Translations under genes and position numbers: made by a program
The notes under the pieces: model-generated
What the model saw: the letters and a program-made list of their open reading frames with translations, nothing else
Databases searched by the model: none
What the model was told of the DNA's origin: nothing
Part shown: positions 20,472 through 29,365 of the stretch, in pieces
How positions within the stretch are numbered: the stretch's first letter is position 1
Layout of the letters: each line of letters starts with the position of its first letter
IMG/VR virus record: IMGVR_UViG_3300030332_001741
Coordinates: 1 to 54,984 of that record
Length of the DNA stretch: 54,984 nt
From: a virus
Lineage: Duplodnaviria; Caudoviricetes
Direction: 5' to 3' (one strand)

Positions 20472-20498
20472 ATCAGGGGAGCTCATAACTCCCCTGAT
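20472..20498 (-). terminator. Stem-loop after the major capsid gene (probable intrinsic terminator/attenuator)
   Basis: Perfect 10-bp inverted repeat ATCAGGGGAG-7nt-CTCCCCTGAT, 13 nt past the capsid stop; weak U tract. Confidence 0.7.
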
Positions 20499-20511
20499 AT
20501 TTCTTTACATA

Positions 20512-21420
20512 CTAGTCCGCACCTTCTGAACCAAAAACTCCACGCCAGTCAGTCCATCCGAAGCTGTATCTTTCGCGAACTTTATAGCGAATATTTCCAG
20601 TTTCAAAATCACCTTCCATGCCTTTTTTCAAGGCTGTGCGTTGGAACATTTTAAGTCCATCAGGAACATCTGTTTTGATATACCAAGCATCAGAATCGGA
20701 CAGTCTTCTCATGACATGATATCCATTTGGTAGATAACCACCAGAATTGATAGCATTGATGTCATTGTCAGCTGTTCCAACTCTTCCAGAAGATTCTAAT
20801 AATCTCTGTGCTTGGAAAACATATGCTGTTGGTATGACAAGAGTTGTGCCTTGTGCAGCGATGCGCAAGCCACGATCATCTTTCATATCAGAAATGTTGA
20901 TTAACACTTGTTCTAAGGAAGTCTCTGTAAGATCAGCAGCTGTTGCCAATGTATTACTTTGATTTCCTGCGCGAGATGGATGTGAAGTGCTTAATAAAAC
21001 AACTCCATCACCACCAGTGTAACCAGCAGTTGTTGCGTTATTCAAAATGTTTGCTGCTTTAATTTCTTTTGTTGAAGAAACTGAGCGAGCAAGTGCTTTT
21101 GTATAACGGGAAGCAAGAGAGCCATATTGTCCATCTTCTTCATTCTCTTCAGTTATTGCGAAAGCCAGTGCAATAGTTTCATGTTGATAGCGAGCCGTCC
21201 ATTGTTGGCTTGCTTCATCATATGCTACTGCAGCACCTTCCGTTTTAACTGGAGCATTTCCAAAACCTTCAAGAAGAACATCTTCTTCGAATGCTTTGTT
21301 AGAAGTATTTGATGAAAATACTGCTTTCCACTCCTCTGGATATTGCGCATACTCGAGACCGAAAAGAGCATTAAGTCCTGGTTCGAGCAGTTTCGCAAAA
21401 TTAGCTCTATTTAGTGCCAT
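20512..21420 (-). CDS. Major capsid protein (Mu gpT-like, HK97 fold)
   Basis: MALNRA..AKLLEPGLNALFGLEY, S.KAFEEDV, HETIALAFAITEE, GDFETGN.RYK.RERYSFGW.DWR; AGGAG SD. Confidence 0.9.
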   Translation of the reverse strand: MALNRANFAKLLEPGLNALFGLEYAQYPEEWKAVFSSNTSNKAFEEDVLLEGFGNAPVKTEGAAVAYDEASQQWTARYQHETIALAFAITEENEEDGQYGSLASRYTKALARSVSSTKEIKAANILNNATTAGYTGGDGVVLLSTSHPSRAGNQSNTLATAADLTETSLEQVLINISDMKDDRGLRIAAQGTTLVIPTAYVFQAQRLLESSGRVGTADNDINAINSGGYLPNGYHVMRRLSDSDAWYIKTDVPDGLKMFQRTALKKGMEGDFETGNIRYKVRERYSFGWTDWRGVFGSEGAD

Positions 21421-21429
21421 AATACTCTC

Positions 21430-21981
21430 CTATATACCATCCGCATCTTTAAGAAGATGCTCATTAATAAGCACTTCCATCACTGCGTTGGCTCCATATG
21501 CATTTTCTGGGGAATCCCAGATAGCTATTATTTTTGCTGTTGCTGCTGCATTCGCCATAGTTCCCGATATTTCGAATCCTGATTGGCCTGTGGTTGTTGA
21601 ACCTGCTCCAGCAACTACATCAGCGCAATTGCCGATATTCGTTTGGGCTGGAGTGCCTGCGGATTGAACTTTGAAAACTATATATGGGTCATCATAAACA
21701 TAAGCAACAATATTTGTGGCTGTTGTGCCTGTTGGCCAATATTCTGTATATACATAAGAACCATCGGATGCTGTATAAGAGCATCCTCCAAATACACCAA
21801 TGTTATTAACTTCTGTTGCAGTATGAGGTGTTAAAGTCCCATTTGCAGCAATAATAACCAAGTCACCATTGAAAATATTTTCCGCAAGTGTGCTTGTAAT
21901 AGTGTATTTGTTTGTTCTCATAGCATTTCCAGACATTGACCTAACTGGTACAAAACCAAAGGCTGCGTCTACATTTGCCAT
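21430..21981 (-). CDS. Capsid decoration / minor head protein
   Basis: MANVDAAFG..P, IF.GD.V, GVF.GC.Y, V.DDP...F.VQ; directly upstream of the capsid gene. Confidence 0.7.
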   Translation of the reverse strand: MANVDAAFGFVPVRSMSGNAMRTNKYTITSTLAENIFNGDLVIIAANGTLTPHTATEVNNIGVFGGCSYTASDGSYVYTEYWPTGTTATNIVAYVYDDPYIVFKVQSAGTPAQTNIGNCADVVAGAGSTTTGQSGFEISGTMANAAATAKIIAIWDSPENAYGANAVMEVLINEHLLKDADGI

Positions 21982-22005
21982 TTTATTTCCTCGTTAAGTT
22001 TAAAG

Positions 22006-22488
22006 TTAATCATCCATGACAGATAAATCTCTGCCACGACTTGACGAGCTTTTACGATCCTCGTGAATCGGAATTCCTCCAGATCTCTCAACAGTACGAA
22101 GTTCATTGGATATAGATTCGTTTTGCTCTTCGCTCTTGCCATGCATATAGTCCTTCATCTGTTTGAACTTTTCTTCTGGCATTTCACAAAGTATCATTCC
22201 TTCTATACCAATACATCCATTCCATTGTCCATGGCTGATTGTCGGAATCGGAAAATCACCCACAGAGTTAGAAGATCTTGGTTCCCAACCTGCTCTCTTT
22301 CTTTTGAAAACATTGTCAGGAGTTTCTTTCCCCAGGATCGAGGTAGCAACCCACCTTTGCACCATACCATCTCTTGCAGGAGGAGCGTCTAGTAAGGAAG
22401 GTGGTTTCCAGCTAGTTTCAACACGAGATTCTTTCTCGCGAGTTTTTTCTTGTGTTTCTTTTGAACGAACATTACGATTTTGAACCAT
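22006..22488 (-). CDS. Conserved head-module protein
   Basis: WKPPSLLDAPPA.DG...RW...GWEP pattern; AGGAG SD before MVQNR. Confidence 0.65.
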   Translation of the reverse strand: MVQNRNVRSKETQEKTREKESRVETSWKPPSLLDAPPARDGMVQRWVATSILGKETPDNVFKRKRAGWEPRSSNSVGDFPIPTISHGQWNGCIGIEGMILCEMPEEKFKQMKDYMHGKSEEQNESISNELRTVERSGGIPIHEDRKSSSSRGRDLSVMDD

Positions 22489-22489
22489 T

Positions 22490-23341
22490 CTATGTCTCCT
22501 TCTTTCCGACACGCAATTCTTTTGCGTATGCTTTAAGTTGGTCTTGATTTGTTAACCCAAGTTCTCTGGCCATTCGTAATTCGTCCTTTGTCATTTGCAC
22601 TCGATTCCCTGTATTTGGACTTCTCCCTCCTGCAGTTGGAGTTATTGGTTGTCGGATTCTGCTTTTTGGATGTGTCCTCACACTAGAATCTTCTGTTGAT
22701 ATTAACTCGGGGAACATTTTTCGTAAACGATTATTTAATGTGGAATAATATTCCTCACCATTTTTATCGAATCCTTCAAGATCTAATTGAACATCAATTG
22801 CTCGTGCTGCTGCTGTTTCTCTTTCAAATCCAGTAGAATTGAACCATTGATTTCTTTGCCACCAGTTCATTGCTCTTGGAGGAGCTTCAGGTTGAGCAGC
22901 TCGTCCAACAGTTGGTGAGTGAGTTCTCTGCTGCATTTGTTGCTGTCGTTGAAGTTCTGAGATTTTCATTGATGCTTTCATATCAGCAATTTGCTCTGAA
23001 AATGCAACTTGTTTAGCAGTATCACCTTCTTCAATAGCTGTTTGCATTTGCTGTTTAACAGAATTATAATGGTTATTAAACTGCTTTTGTGCAGCAGAAG
23101 ATGCTCCCACTTCAAGTCTAGATAATCTATTCTGAAGATCTTTGACTAACTGGTCTTTTTCTGCTGTTTTTTTGTCAGCTTCTCTTCTTTGTTCAACTAG
23201 AGCTTTGATTCTTTTTTGGACTCGTTCTCCATACTCAGAATCTTTTTCTTCTTTGACTTCCACTTCAGAAGTTTCTTCTGTCTCAATCTCCAGCTCTAAT
23301 GGGAGATCTTCTTGTTTTTCTTCTTCTTCTTCTTTTTCCAT
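22490..23341 (-). CDS. Capsid scaffolding protein
   Basis: Acidic N-terminus, YGERVQKRI coiled coil, W..RN.WF, C-terminal MARELGL...YAK. Confidence 0.7.
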   Translation of the reverse strand: MEKEEEEEKQEDLPLELEIETEETSEVEVKEEKDSEYGERVQKRIKALVEQRREADKKTAEKDQLVKDLQNRLSRLEVGASSAAQKQFNNHYNSVKQQMQTAIEEGDTAKQVAFSEQIADMKASMKISELQRQQQMQQRTHSPTVGRAAQPEAPPRAMNWWQRNQWFNSTGFERETAAARAIDVQLDLEGFDKNGEEYYSTLNNRLRKMFPELISTEDSSVRTHPKSRIRQPITPTAGGRSPNTGNRVQMTKDELRMARELGLTNQDQLKAYAKELRVGKKET

Positions 23342-23367
23342 GGTTGCGTCTCCAGGTTTTTCGCTTG

Positions 23368-23766
23368 TTAAATATAATTTTGAATGTTGCATCCTTCAGG
23401 AACAACAGATGTAATTTCATCATCATTCAGCAAAAGAAGCTTGACACCATCTATAATCAATTTCTGCCCAGCATATTTTCCAAATGTGATGTGGTCACCA
23501 ATTTGAGCCCATTTTCCAAAATGCCATTGACGACCTGTTTCTCTTTCACACCAAGCTAATGGTCCATGGTCAAGTAAAATACCATGAGCAATTAAATATT
23601 CTTCATTATCTTGAGTTTGGGAGGGGAGATATAAACCACCTTTTGTTTTCTTCTTTGGGCTTTGTGGTTTCACCAGAACTCTCCAGCCAGTTGGCCTTGG
23701 TAATTGTTTTGGTGTTTCTTGGTCTGGGTCATTATCCCAGTTTTCAACTTCATGGAGATGAGCCAT
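23368..23766 (-). CDS. groES: GroES-like co-chaperonin
   Basis: P.PTGWRVLVKP...KTKGGLYLP...GD.I.FGKYAG......LLNDDEI Cpn10 signature. Confidence 0.85.
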   Translation of the reverse strand: MAHLHEVENWDNDPDQETPKQLPRPTGWRVLVKPQSPKKKTKGGLYLPSQTQDNEEYLIAHGILLDHGPLAWCERETGRQWHFGKWAQIGDHITFGKYAGQKLIIDGVKLLLLNDDEITSVVPEGCNIQNYI

Positions 23767-23767
23767 G

Positions 23768-23965
23768 TTAATCATCCTCTTCATCTAGTTTCTTCATTAC
23801 ATCGTCGATCGTGCCTTGGGCTCTTTTTAAACCTTCTGCAATCCCAACATTTTTATGATATTGGTTAAAATCAGAGATTCTCCCCTGTATCATCTCGTTC
23901 GCTAGATTCGTCCTCTGACTCTCCAGCGTCTTCTTGATCTTCTCTAATAAGTCTGTTATTGTCAA
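23768..23965 (-). CDS. Small helical head-module protein (TTG start)
   Basis: GAGGTG SD; DFNQY...VG...GL..A pattern; upstream of groES. Confidence 0.65.
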   Translation of the reverse strand: MTITDLLEKIKKTLESQRTNLANEMIQGRISDFNQYHKNVGIAEGLKRAQGTIDDVMKKLDEEDD

Positions 23966-24020
23966 CTTTCACCTCACCCTTCATCGAGACTCCTGTTACA
24001 TTGATTTTTACATCATCCAT
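23871..24020 (-). CDS. 49-aa acidic-tailed protein overlapping the downstream gene in another frame
   Basis: GAGGTG SD 4 nt before ATG 24020; MDDVKINVTGVSMKGEVKVDNN... Confidence 0.45.
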   Translation of the reverse strand: MDDVKINVTGVSMKGEVKVDNNRLIREDQEDAGESEDESSERDDTGENL

Positions 24021-24077
24021 AAAACACCTCATTAGTCGTTTCTCTAAATATAACTTCAAAAAATAAAATTAAAACAA

Positions 24078-24722
24078 TTATTTTCCAGCCAATGGATTAT
24101 TAAGAGCTCTTGTCAACATTTCTCTTAATCTTTCTTCCAATTCTTTAAGTTTAACATCAATCGCTTCTGCTCTCCTTTGAGCATCACTTTCTATTGCTGT
24201 ACGCTTCCCATCGAATCGGTCATTGGCATGGTCTATTAAAGAACGAATATCTGTTTCGGCAGTTCTTAATGCCTCTCTGACTTCTGTTTCAGAGTTTCTG
24301 CTTCGTCTGTCTACTGCTCCAATATTATCTTGAATTTCTGTTAGGTCTTTTCTCATATCAGTTCTGATGCTGCGAGCATCTTCCTGTGCCGATTGTACTA
24401 ACTGTGTGGCTTTATCTAGTTCAGTAGTCAACAGAACTTTAACTCCATTCACTTCGGTATTTAATAGAGTTTCCATATTGCTTATTTTTTCCGTTAATAA
24501 TACTTCCAAAGCATTAGTCTTTTCTTCAAATATACTTAAACGATTTTCAAACCCAGACAAATCAGGAGCAACATAGCTCTGTATCTGTTCTTTCATATCC
24601 ATATAATCTTTATAGAATTCAAACCCTCCCCAGAGTATTCCTCCCAGTGTTCCTAAGAGAGGAAAAAGAAGGAGAAGCTTGGCTCCTTTGAATTTTATAC
24701 CTTTGTATTCTACTTCACTCAT
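24078..24722 (-). CDS. Membrane-anchored coiled-coil protein
   Basis: EVEYKGIKFKG N-terminus, one TM helix, long coiled coil ending ALNNPLA. Confidence 0.7.
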   Translation of the reverse strand: MSEVEYKGIKFKGAKLLLLFPLLGTLGGILWGGFEFYKDYMDMKEQIQSYVAPDLSGFENRLSIFEEKTNALEVLLTEKISNMETLLNTEVNGVKVLLTTELDKATQLVQSAQEDARSIRTDMRKDLTEIQDNIGAVDRRSRNSETEVREALRTAETDIRSLIDHANDRFDGKRTAIESDAQRRAEAIDVKLKELEERLREMLTRALNNPLAGK

Positions 24723-26202
24723 ATTGCTGTCCTATCATTTGTTCAAATACTAAACTATCTCGCACACTAAAATAATTCCCAAGTGGATCCTCCATAACTA
24801 CATCCATATAAATTTCTTCCGTTTCATACCATTGCGGAGCTATCTTTACAATGATCTGATTTGAATAAGTATTGATGTTTGGACCGAGAGCATTAACTAA
24901 AGCTAGAGTTGTTATCTGAGCAACAGGATCATAATTAGATGCAAAGTTTTCTATTATTTCTTTTGCTTTCTCCTGTTTTGTCTCTTGCTGTTTTGCCATT
25001 TTCTCTTCAGCTTTGGCTTCTTCAGTTTCTGGTTCCGAAATCTCTGTTTCTTCCGCAACCTTTTCTACATCAACCTTTTCCTCTGGCTCTCCTGCACCAT
25101 TTATAGAGGGTGAAATCTCTTCAGTTTCAGCATTTTCAGTGGTATTTTCAACTTCTGGCTCTATATCTGTTGTATCTGTTTCTTGTATCTCAGCTACAAT
25201 TTCTTCCACTTCAGCTACAATTTCTTCCATGTCCACCATCGGCATATCAAGTTCTAAATCTTCAAACATTTCTGTAACAGGTGCTGTAGTATCTGTCATT
25301 ACATCTCCACCAGTGTCCATTTCAATATCAGGAATATCCATATTGACCATATCCTCCATAGTGGTATCCACAACATCCTGTTCAAAAGTGTCCATGATTT
25401 CATAATTATCCATCAAATCCAATGTGGTGTCTAAATTCTGTTGTTGTTCTACGACCTGCATCCATGTTTCCACAACAGTTGTTATATAATTATAGGCAAC
25501 ATTATATTGGAACTCATCCCAGTAATATGGTCCATAACCACCTATGTTGATATACACTTTATCCAATTGTCCTGCAAAATCTTGACTTCCGATTACAGTA
25601 TTGACCCAGTTGGTGTTGTTAGAATAATTATAAGGATTCTGCGTAAAATCATTCTTATCAATAGTTATCTGTCCTGTCTCCCATTGAAGAACATTATTAT
25701 AATATCCTTTTGTTTCAACAAAGGCTGTGCGACTAGAATTAGTGTACATGCTGTTTGGAAAAGCAAAATAAAATTGCCAATCAACCTGTCCACCATCTTC
25801 AATATCAAAGCTATTCAAATCTACATATTGACGCCAAGTGGTTAAAGAATTATTTTTTGCATGACCACATGCTACAGTTCTTCCGTCTGTTCCTGTCGCA
25901 GGAAATCCAGAAGCAGCATCGGTACAAGAAGCATGAGAATAAATAGTACCATCTCCTCCCCAATCCTGATCGGCATCTCCTTCGTATCTAGAAGTTACAA
26001 TTCCTGTATCACCATCAAGCACATCACCACTTGCTTTATGCTCTACAGTTACAGTCGTTTGTGTAACTTCTTCAACATCTCCTTGCGATTCTATTACTGT
26101 TGTAACAGTATCACCTTCTTCTTGCATCTGTGCCCAAGTATCAAAGGAGTAAGAGCAGCATGATAAGGCCACTAATACCAAGAATAGCAGAATCTTCATC
26201 AC
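24715..26202 (-). CDS. Secreted acidic protein (495 aa)
   Basis: Signal peptide MKILLFLVLVAL, beta-rich domain, Glu/Asp-rich linker, C-terminal M..QQY. Confidence 0.65.
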   Translation of the reverse strand: MMKILLFLVLVALSCCSYSFDTWAQMQEEGDTVTTVIESQGDVEEVTQTTVTVEHKASGDVLDGDTGIVTSRYEGDADQDWGGDGTIYSHASCTDAASGFPATGTDGRTVACGHAKNNSLTTWRQYVDLNSFDIEDGGQVDWQFYFAFPNSMYTNSSRTAFVETKGYYNNVLQWETGQITIDKNDFTQNPYNYSNNTNWVNTVIGSQDFAGQLDKVYINIGGYGPYYWDEFQYNVAYNYITTVVETWMQVVEQQQNLDTTLDLMDNYEIMDTFEQDVVDTTMEDMVNMDIPDIEMDTGGDVMTDTTAPVTEMFEDLELDMPMVDMEEIVAEVEEIVAEIQETDTTDIEPEVENTTENAETEEISPSINGAGEPEEKVDVEKVAEETEISEPETEEAKAEEKMAKQQETKQEKAKEIIENFASNYDPVAQITTLALVNALGPNINTYSNQIIVKIAPQWYETEEIYMDVVMEDPLGNYFSVRDSLVFEQMIGQQYE

Positions 26203-26704
26203 TAAGAAATTCCTCCTCTGTTGTGTTTTCTTTTACCCATTGTTCGTAATCAGGTCTTTTTTCAGGATTTTCTAACCATGCTTTTGCAGCATCTAGCCCA
26301 ATTTTTCCTTTGTATGGACAAGGAGTTCCTGCCATTTCCATAGCTTGAAAGACTCTCTCATCTTGGCAAAGCATAGCCACTGCACCCACTTTCATACCGA
26401 ATCGAAATAATTGTCTTGATAATTTTAATCGTTCGCAATTTAAATCTCTTACAGTTGTGCCACCAGCAATCCCTAAAATTTGCGATTGAATAGCTATAGA
26501 ACTTCCTGTGCTACAGACATCCTGATTATTAATCATAATTCCAGGAGCTGATGCTGTGCTTGGAGTTCTATCAACTGTAGTTGTTCCTGATACAGTGCTT
26601 GAAGTTGAAGTGACAGTATTGGTTTGGGCTTTAGCTCTGCTACATAGAGCAAGCATTCCAAGAAATAGAACCACTATCAATATTGCCCATAATTTCCCTG
26701 TCAT
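26141..26704 (-). CDS. Secreted Cys-rich protein with C-terminal TM anchor
   Basis: Signal peptide; DVC...NCERLKLSR.L...GMKVGAVAMLCQD.RVF.AM..AGTPCP. Confidence 0.7.
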   Translation of the reverse strand: MTGKLWAILIVVLFLGMLALCSRAKAQTNTVTSTSSTVSGTTTVDRTPSTASAPGIMINNQDVCSTGSSIAIQSQILGIAGGTTVRDLNCERLKLSRQLFRFGMKVGAVAMLCQDERVFQAMEMAGTPCPYKGKIGLDAAKAWLENPEKRPDYEQWVKENTTEEEFLSDEDSAILGISGLIMLLLLL

Positions 26705-27174
26705 TATTCAATCCACTCTCCTGTTACCATCATCTCGGATAGCCGAGTTGCTCTTGTTTTAACTTGTCTTGCCCAATTACTATCTAACATCTGATTGGAT
26801 GCTTCATCCCAGTTTTCTTCTTCAAGAGCTTGAAACATACTTGGCCATTTGGTTGGATTGAAACGAGTCATTCCCATATTGAATAACATATCTAAAACGA
26901 TACACTGCCGAATCTCATCTAAAGAATTATAAATTTCCCAGCTCTCTGCTTCTTTTTGTATTCTTACAATATCCGACATTAAAATGAAAATTGCTTCTTC
27001 TTCAGATATTCCCAAGCCATCGGAAGCAACATTCCTGCCAACACCGATTGTTGGATGTCCAATTAAAGTGTCGCCAGCTTTTAATTCTTTCCCATTAGCA
27101 TCATCATAAACTTTTAATTTCATGCCTTCATGTAATGCTAACATTTTAGCAAGTCTATGCGAATCTATACCCAT
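26704..27174 (-). CDS. Endolysin, T4-type lysozyme (GH24)
   Basis: HEG..LKVY.D...TIGVGRN catalytic motif, M.FNMG, MLDS.WARQV..RA.RL. Confidence 0.9.
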   Translation of the reverse strand: MGIDSHRLAKMLALHEGMKLKVYDDANGKELKAGDTLIGHPTIGVGRNVASDGLGISEEEAIFILMSDIVRIQKEAESWEIYNSLDEIRQCIVLDMLFNMGMTRFNPTKWPSMFQALEEENWDEASNQMLDSNWARQVKTRATRLSEMMVTGEWIE

Positions 27175-27545
27175 TGTGGCTTGACTCCTCCATAATATGG
27201 TCGTGCATGTCCTTCTTCTAACATACGATCACACACATTTAAAAATCCATATTCAGGATGGTCAACAAGTGGTTCTGCAAGAATTCTACCAAATTTCCCT
27301 TTGCTATCTTTATGGGTTACAATTTTAAATTTTCTTGGTATTAATTCTTTGAGACGATTCTTTGCAGCAATTCCCAGCTCTTTTTCAGCCAAGTTTCTTG
27401 TCCGACTTTCTGGTGTATTAATTCCCAGCAATCGCACTTTTTCATTCCGCAACCACACTTTGAAGCCAAGATCAATGTCAACAACTATTGTATCTCCATC
27501 AATGACTCTACGCAATGTGCATTTATATTCATATTTAACATTCAA
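27165..27545 (-). CDS. Staphylococcal nuclease (thermonuclease) homologue
   Basis: VIDGDT, VRLLGINTPE, GKFGRILA, EGHA..Y.G motifs. Confidence 0.9.
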   Translation of the reverse strand: MNVKYEYKCTLRRVIDGDTIVVDIDLGFKVWLRNEKVRLLGINTPESRTRNLAEKELGIAAKNRLKELIPRKFKIVTHKDSKGKFGRILAEPLVDHPEYGFLNVCDRMLEEGHARPYYGGVKPQWV

Positions 27546-27737
27546 TTATACCATTCCTCCTGTCTGTGTGGCTGCAAGAACGGAAAGAGTCTCATGAAAA
27601 GATTTATCAAGTTCTTTTGCAGCCATGGCAAATAAGCGAGGAGGAATTTCAGATGCTTTAAATCCTTTCCTCTCTAAAAATTTCTTTGCAGCTCTAACTT
27701 CTGCTGCTGCAACTTTTTTAATTTTTGCTTTTGCCAT
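27546..27737 (-). CDS. Small basic protein (63 aa)
   Basis: Lys/Ala-rich MAKAKIKKVAAAEVRAAKKFL; coupled by TAATG. Confidence 0.65.
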   Translation of the reverse strand: MAKAKIKKVAAAEVRAAKKFLERKGFKASEIPPRLFAMAAKELDKSFHETLSVLAATQTGGMV

Positions 27738-27871
27738 TATGCTTTCCTTTTCTTGCTTTTATATCCCGAGGCATGAACAGCACGACCTTGTCTTTCTGCT
27801 TGCTTCTTGGTCTTATAAATTTTGCCAGAACTTCCCCAGCGATAACCACCTTTTACTTTACGAACAGGCAA
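27737..27871 (-). CDS. Small basic protein (44 aa, TTG start)
   Basis: Hand translation MPVRKVKGGYRWGSSGKIYKTKKQAERQGRAVHASGYKSKKRKA*; abuts both neighbours. Confidence 0.7.
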   Translation of the reverse strand: MPVRKVKGGYRWGSSGKIYKTKKQAERQGRAVHASGYKSKKRKA

Positions 27872-28039
27872 TTATGCTTTCTTCTTTTTGAAACCATAGC
27901 TTCCTTTTTTCTTACGAGTTCCCTTTGCAATATCACGACGACCTTTTTTAGACATTTTCTTTTTGCCATATTTAGCAGAGAGCTGTTCATCTTTACGAGC
28001 ATTATAACCTTGTTTCTTTTTCTTCCTCACTTTTGCCAT
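27872..28039 (-). CDS. Very Lys-rich protein (55 aa)
   Basis: Hand translation MAKVRKKKKQGYNARKDEQLSAKYGKKKMSKKGRRDIAKGTRKKKGSYGFKKKKA*; AGGAG SD. Confidence 0.75.
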   Translation of the reverse strand: MAKVRKKKKQGYNARKDEQLSAKYGKKKMSKKGRRDIAKGTRKKKGSYGFKKKKA

Positions 28040-28072
28040 TATATTCTCCTCTGGATTAAATCAATTGGTTTA

Positions 28073-28101
28073 ATTATTAATGCATTCACTTCTAAAGTAA
28101 A
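28073..28101 (-). promoter_or_regulatory. Putative promoter TTTACT-N17-AATAAT
   Basis: TTTACTTT...TAATAATTAAA, resembling the site at 17976-18004. Confidence 0.45.
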
Positions 28102-28115
28102 TTCTTTTTTTAAAA

Positions 28116-28724
28116 TTAATCTGGATCCAATATTTTTTGAGTCTCTGTCCAGATCTCTCCCCAACCACCATCAGCTTGACCTGAATTTCCTATAAAATTA
28201 GCTATGTCATCGCTAGAAGCATCAGGAAACTCAGATCTAATATCTTTAGAGAAATTATTAGGAACTTTGCCTTTTTCTCCTCCTCTAAAATAATAATATG
28301 CTTGCTTTAATTCTGGGATCTCTAAATCGTTTGGATAGTAATCTGTAGCTTCGGAAATAAATTCTTTAAAAGACAAAGAAGTATCATCAGCCAATCTTTT
28401 AACATCATCTCCAAACTCTCCTTTTTTAGCCTGTTTGAAAAAGAATTTATTAACATAATCACTAAAAAATGGAAGTTGAAAAGCAGTATATGTAGGATCT
28501 TCAGGATCTATGAATTTTTTTATGTTGAGAGTTTTTTTAGCAACAGGAGCGATAACATCAACTGCTTTGCCTGCAAGACTTAAATCTCCAAGAGCTCCCA
28601 ATGCTCCTCTAATTAATTCTCTTCTATCAACTTCAGGGAGCTTATCTAAAACTCCCTTTGTGACTTCGTCTGTTGCTACTGGGAGTGCTCCTGGTTTAAT
28701 TTTTATAGGAAGCTTGGGCATCAA
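28116..28724 (-). CDS. Paralogue A of tandem family (conserved leader, variable body)
   Basis: MPKLPIKIKPGALP..TDEVTKGVLDKLPEVDRRELIRGALG...ILDPD. Confidence 0.75.
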   Translation of the reverse strand: MMPKLPIKIKPGALPVATDEVTKGVLDKLPEVDRRELIRGALGALGDLSLAGKAVDVIAPVAKKTLNIKKFIDPEDPTYTAFQLPFFSDYVNKFFFKQAKKGEFGDDVKRLADDTSLSFKEFISEATDYYPNDLEIPELKQAYYYFRGGEKGKVPNNFSKDIRSEFPDASSDDIANFIGNSGQADGGWGEIWTETQKILDPD

Positions 28725-29365
28725 TCTGGATCCAATATTAATTTCCTAATTTCAGGAAGAGTCATTTTCTTATCGCTAATTAAATATTTTAATCCTTCTT
28801 GCACTTCTTTATCAAGATCTCCGAGTTTTTTCGTACCAGCAAGGAAGCTTTCTAGTTCTTGTGTAAGAAAACCTTCAGACTGGTCCAGGAATTCTATATC
28901 ATGATAAAACATATCTTTTATGAATTCATCATCATTAATTAATTTTTCAAAAGAATTTTTAGAGGTTATTCCCATCTCCTCTAATTCTTCTCGACTATAT
29001 CTATTCACAAAATATTCCCAAGAATAATTATCAGTTCCTGGAGGACCAAGAACTTCGTCCGAGAGAGATGGATGCGATGGAATGACTTCGTCTTTAAGCA
29101 TATCTTTGTAAGTTTTTAATTGGAAATCTCTAATAATAGGAATATCAAAAAAACTTTTAATATCTATTTTTGGAATTGCTTTGGCGACAGGAGCGATAAT
29201 ATCAACAGCTTTGCCAATAGCAAGATCTTTGGCTAATGTTCCAAGTGCTCCTCTCATTAGCTCTCTGCGATTGACTTCAGGAAGTTTATCTAAAACTCCC
29301 CTTGTTACTTCGTCTGTTGTTGTAGGAAGTGCTCCTGGTTTAATTTTGACAGGAAGCTTGGGCAT
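28721..29365 (-). CDS. Paralogue B of tandem family
   Basis: MPKLPVKIKPGALP..TDEVTRGVLDKLPEVNRRELMRGALG...ILDPD. Confidence 0.75.
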   Translation of the reverse strand: MPKLPVKIKPGALPTTTDEVTRGVLDKLPEVNRRELMRGALGTLAKDLAIGKAVDIIAPVAKAIPKIDIKSFFDIPIIRDFQLKTYKDMLKDEVIPSHPSLSDEVLGPPGTDNYSWEYFVNRYSREELEEMGITSKNSFEKLINDDEFIKDMFYHDIEFLDQSEGFLTQELESFLAGTKKLGDLDKEVQEGLKYLISDKKMTLPEIRKLILDPD

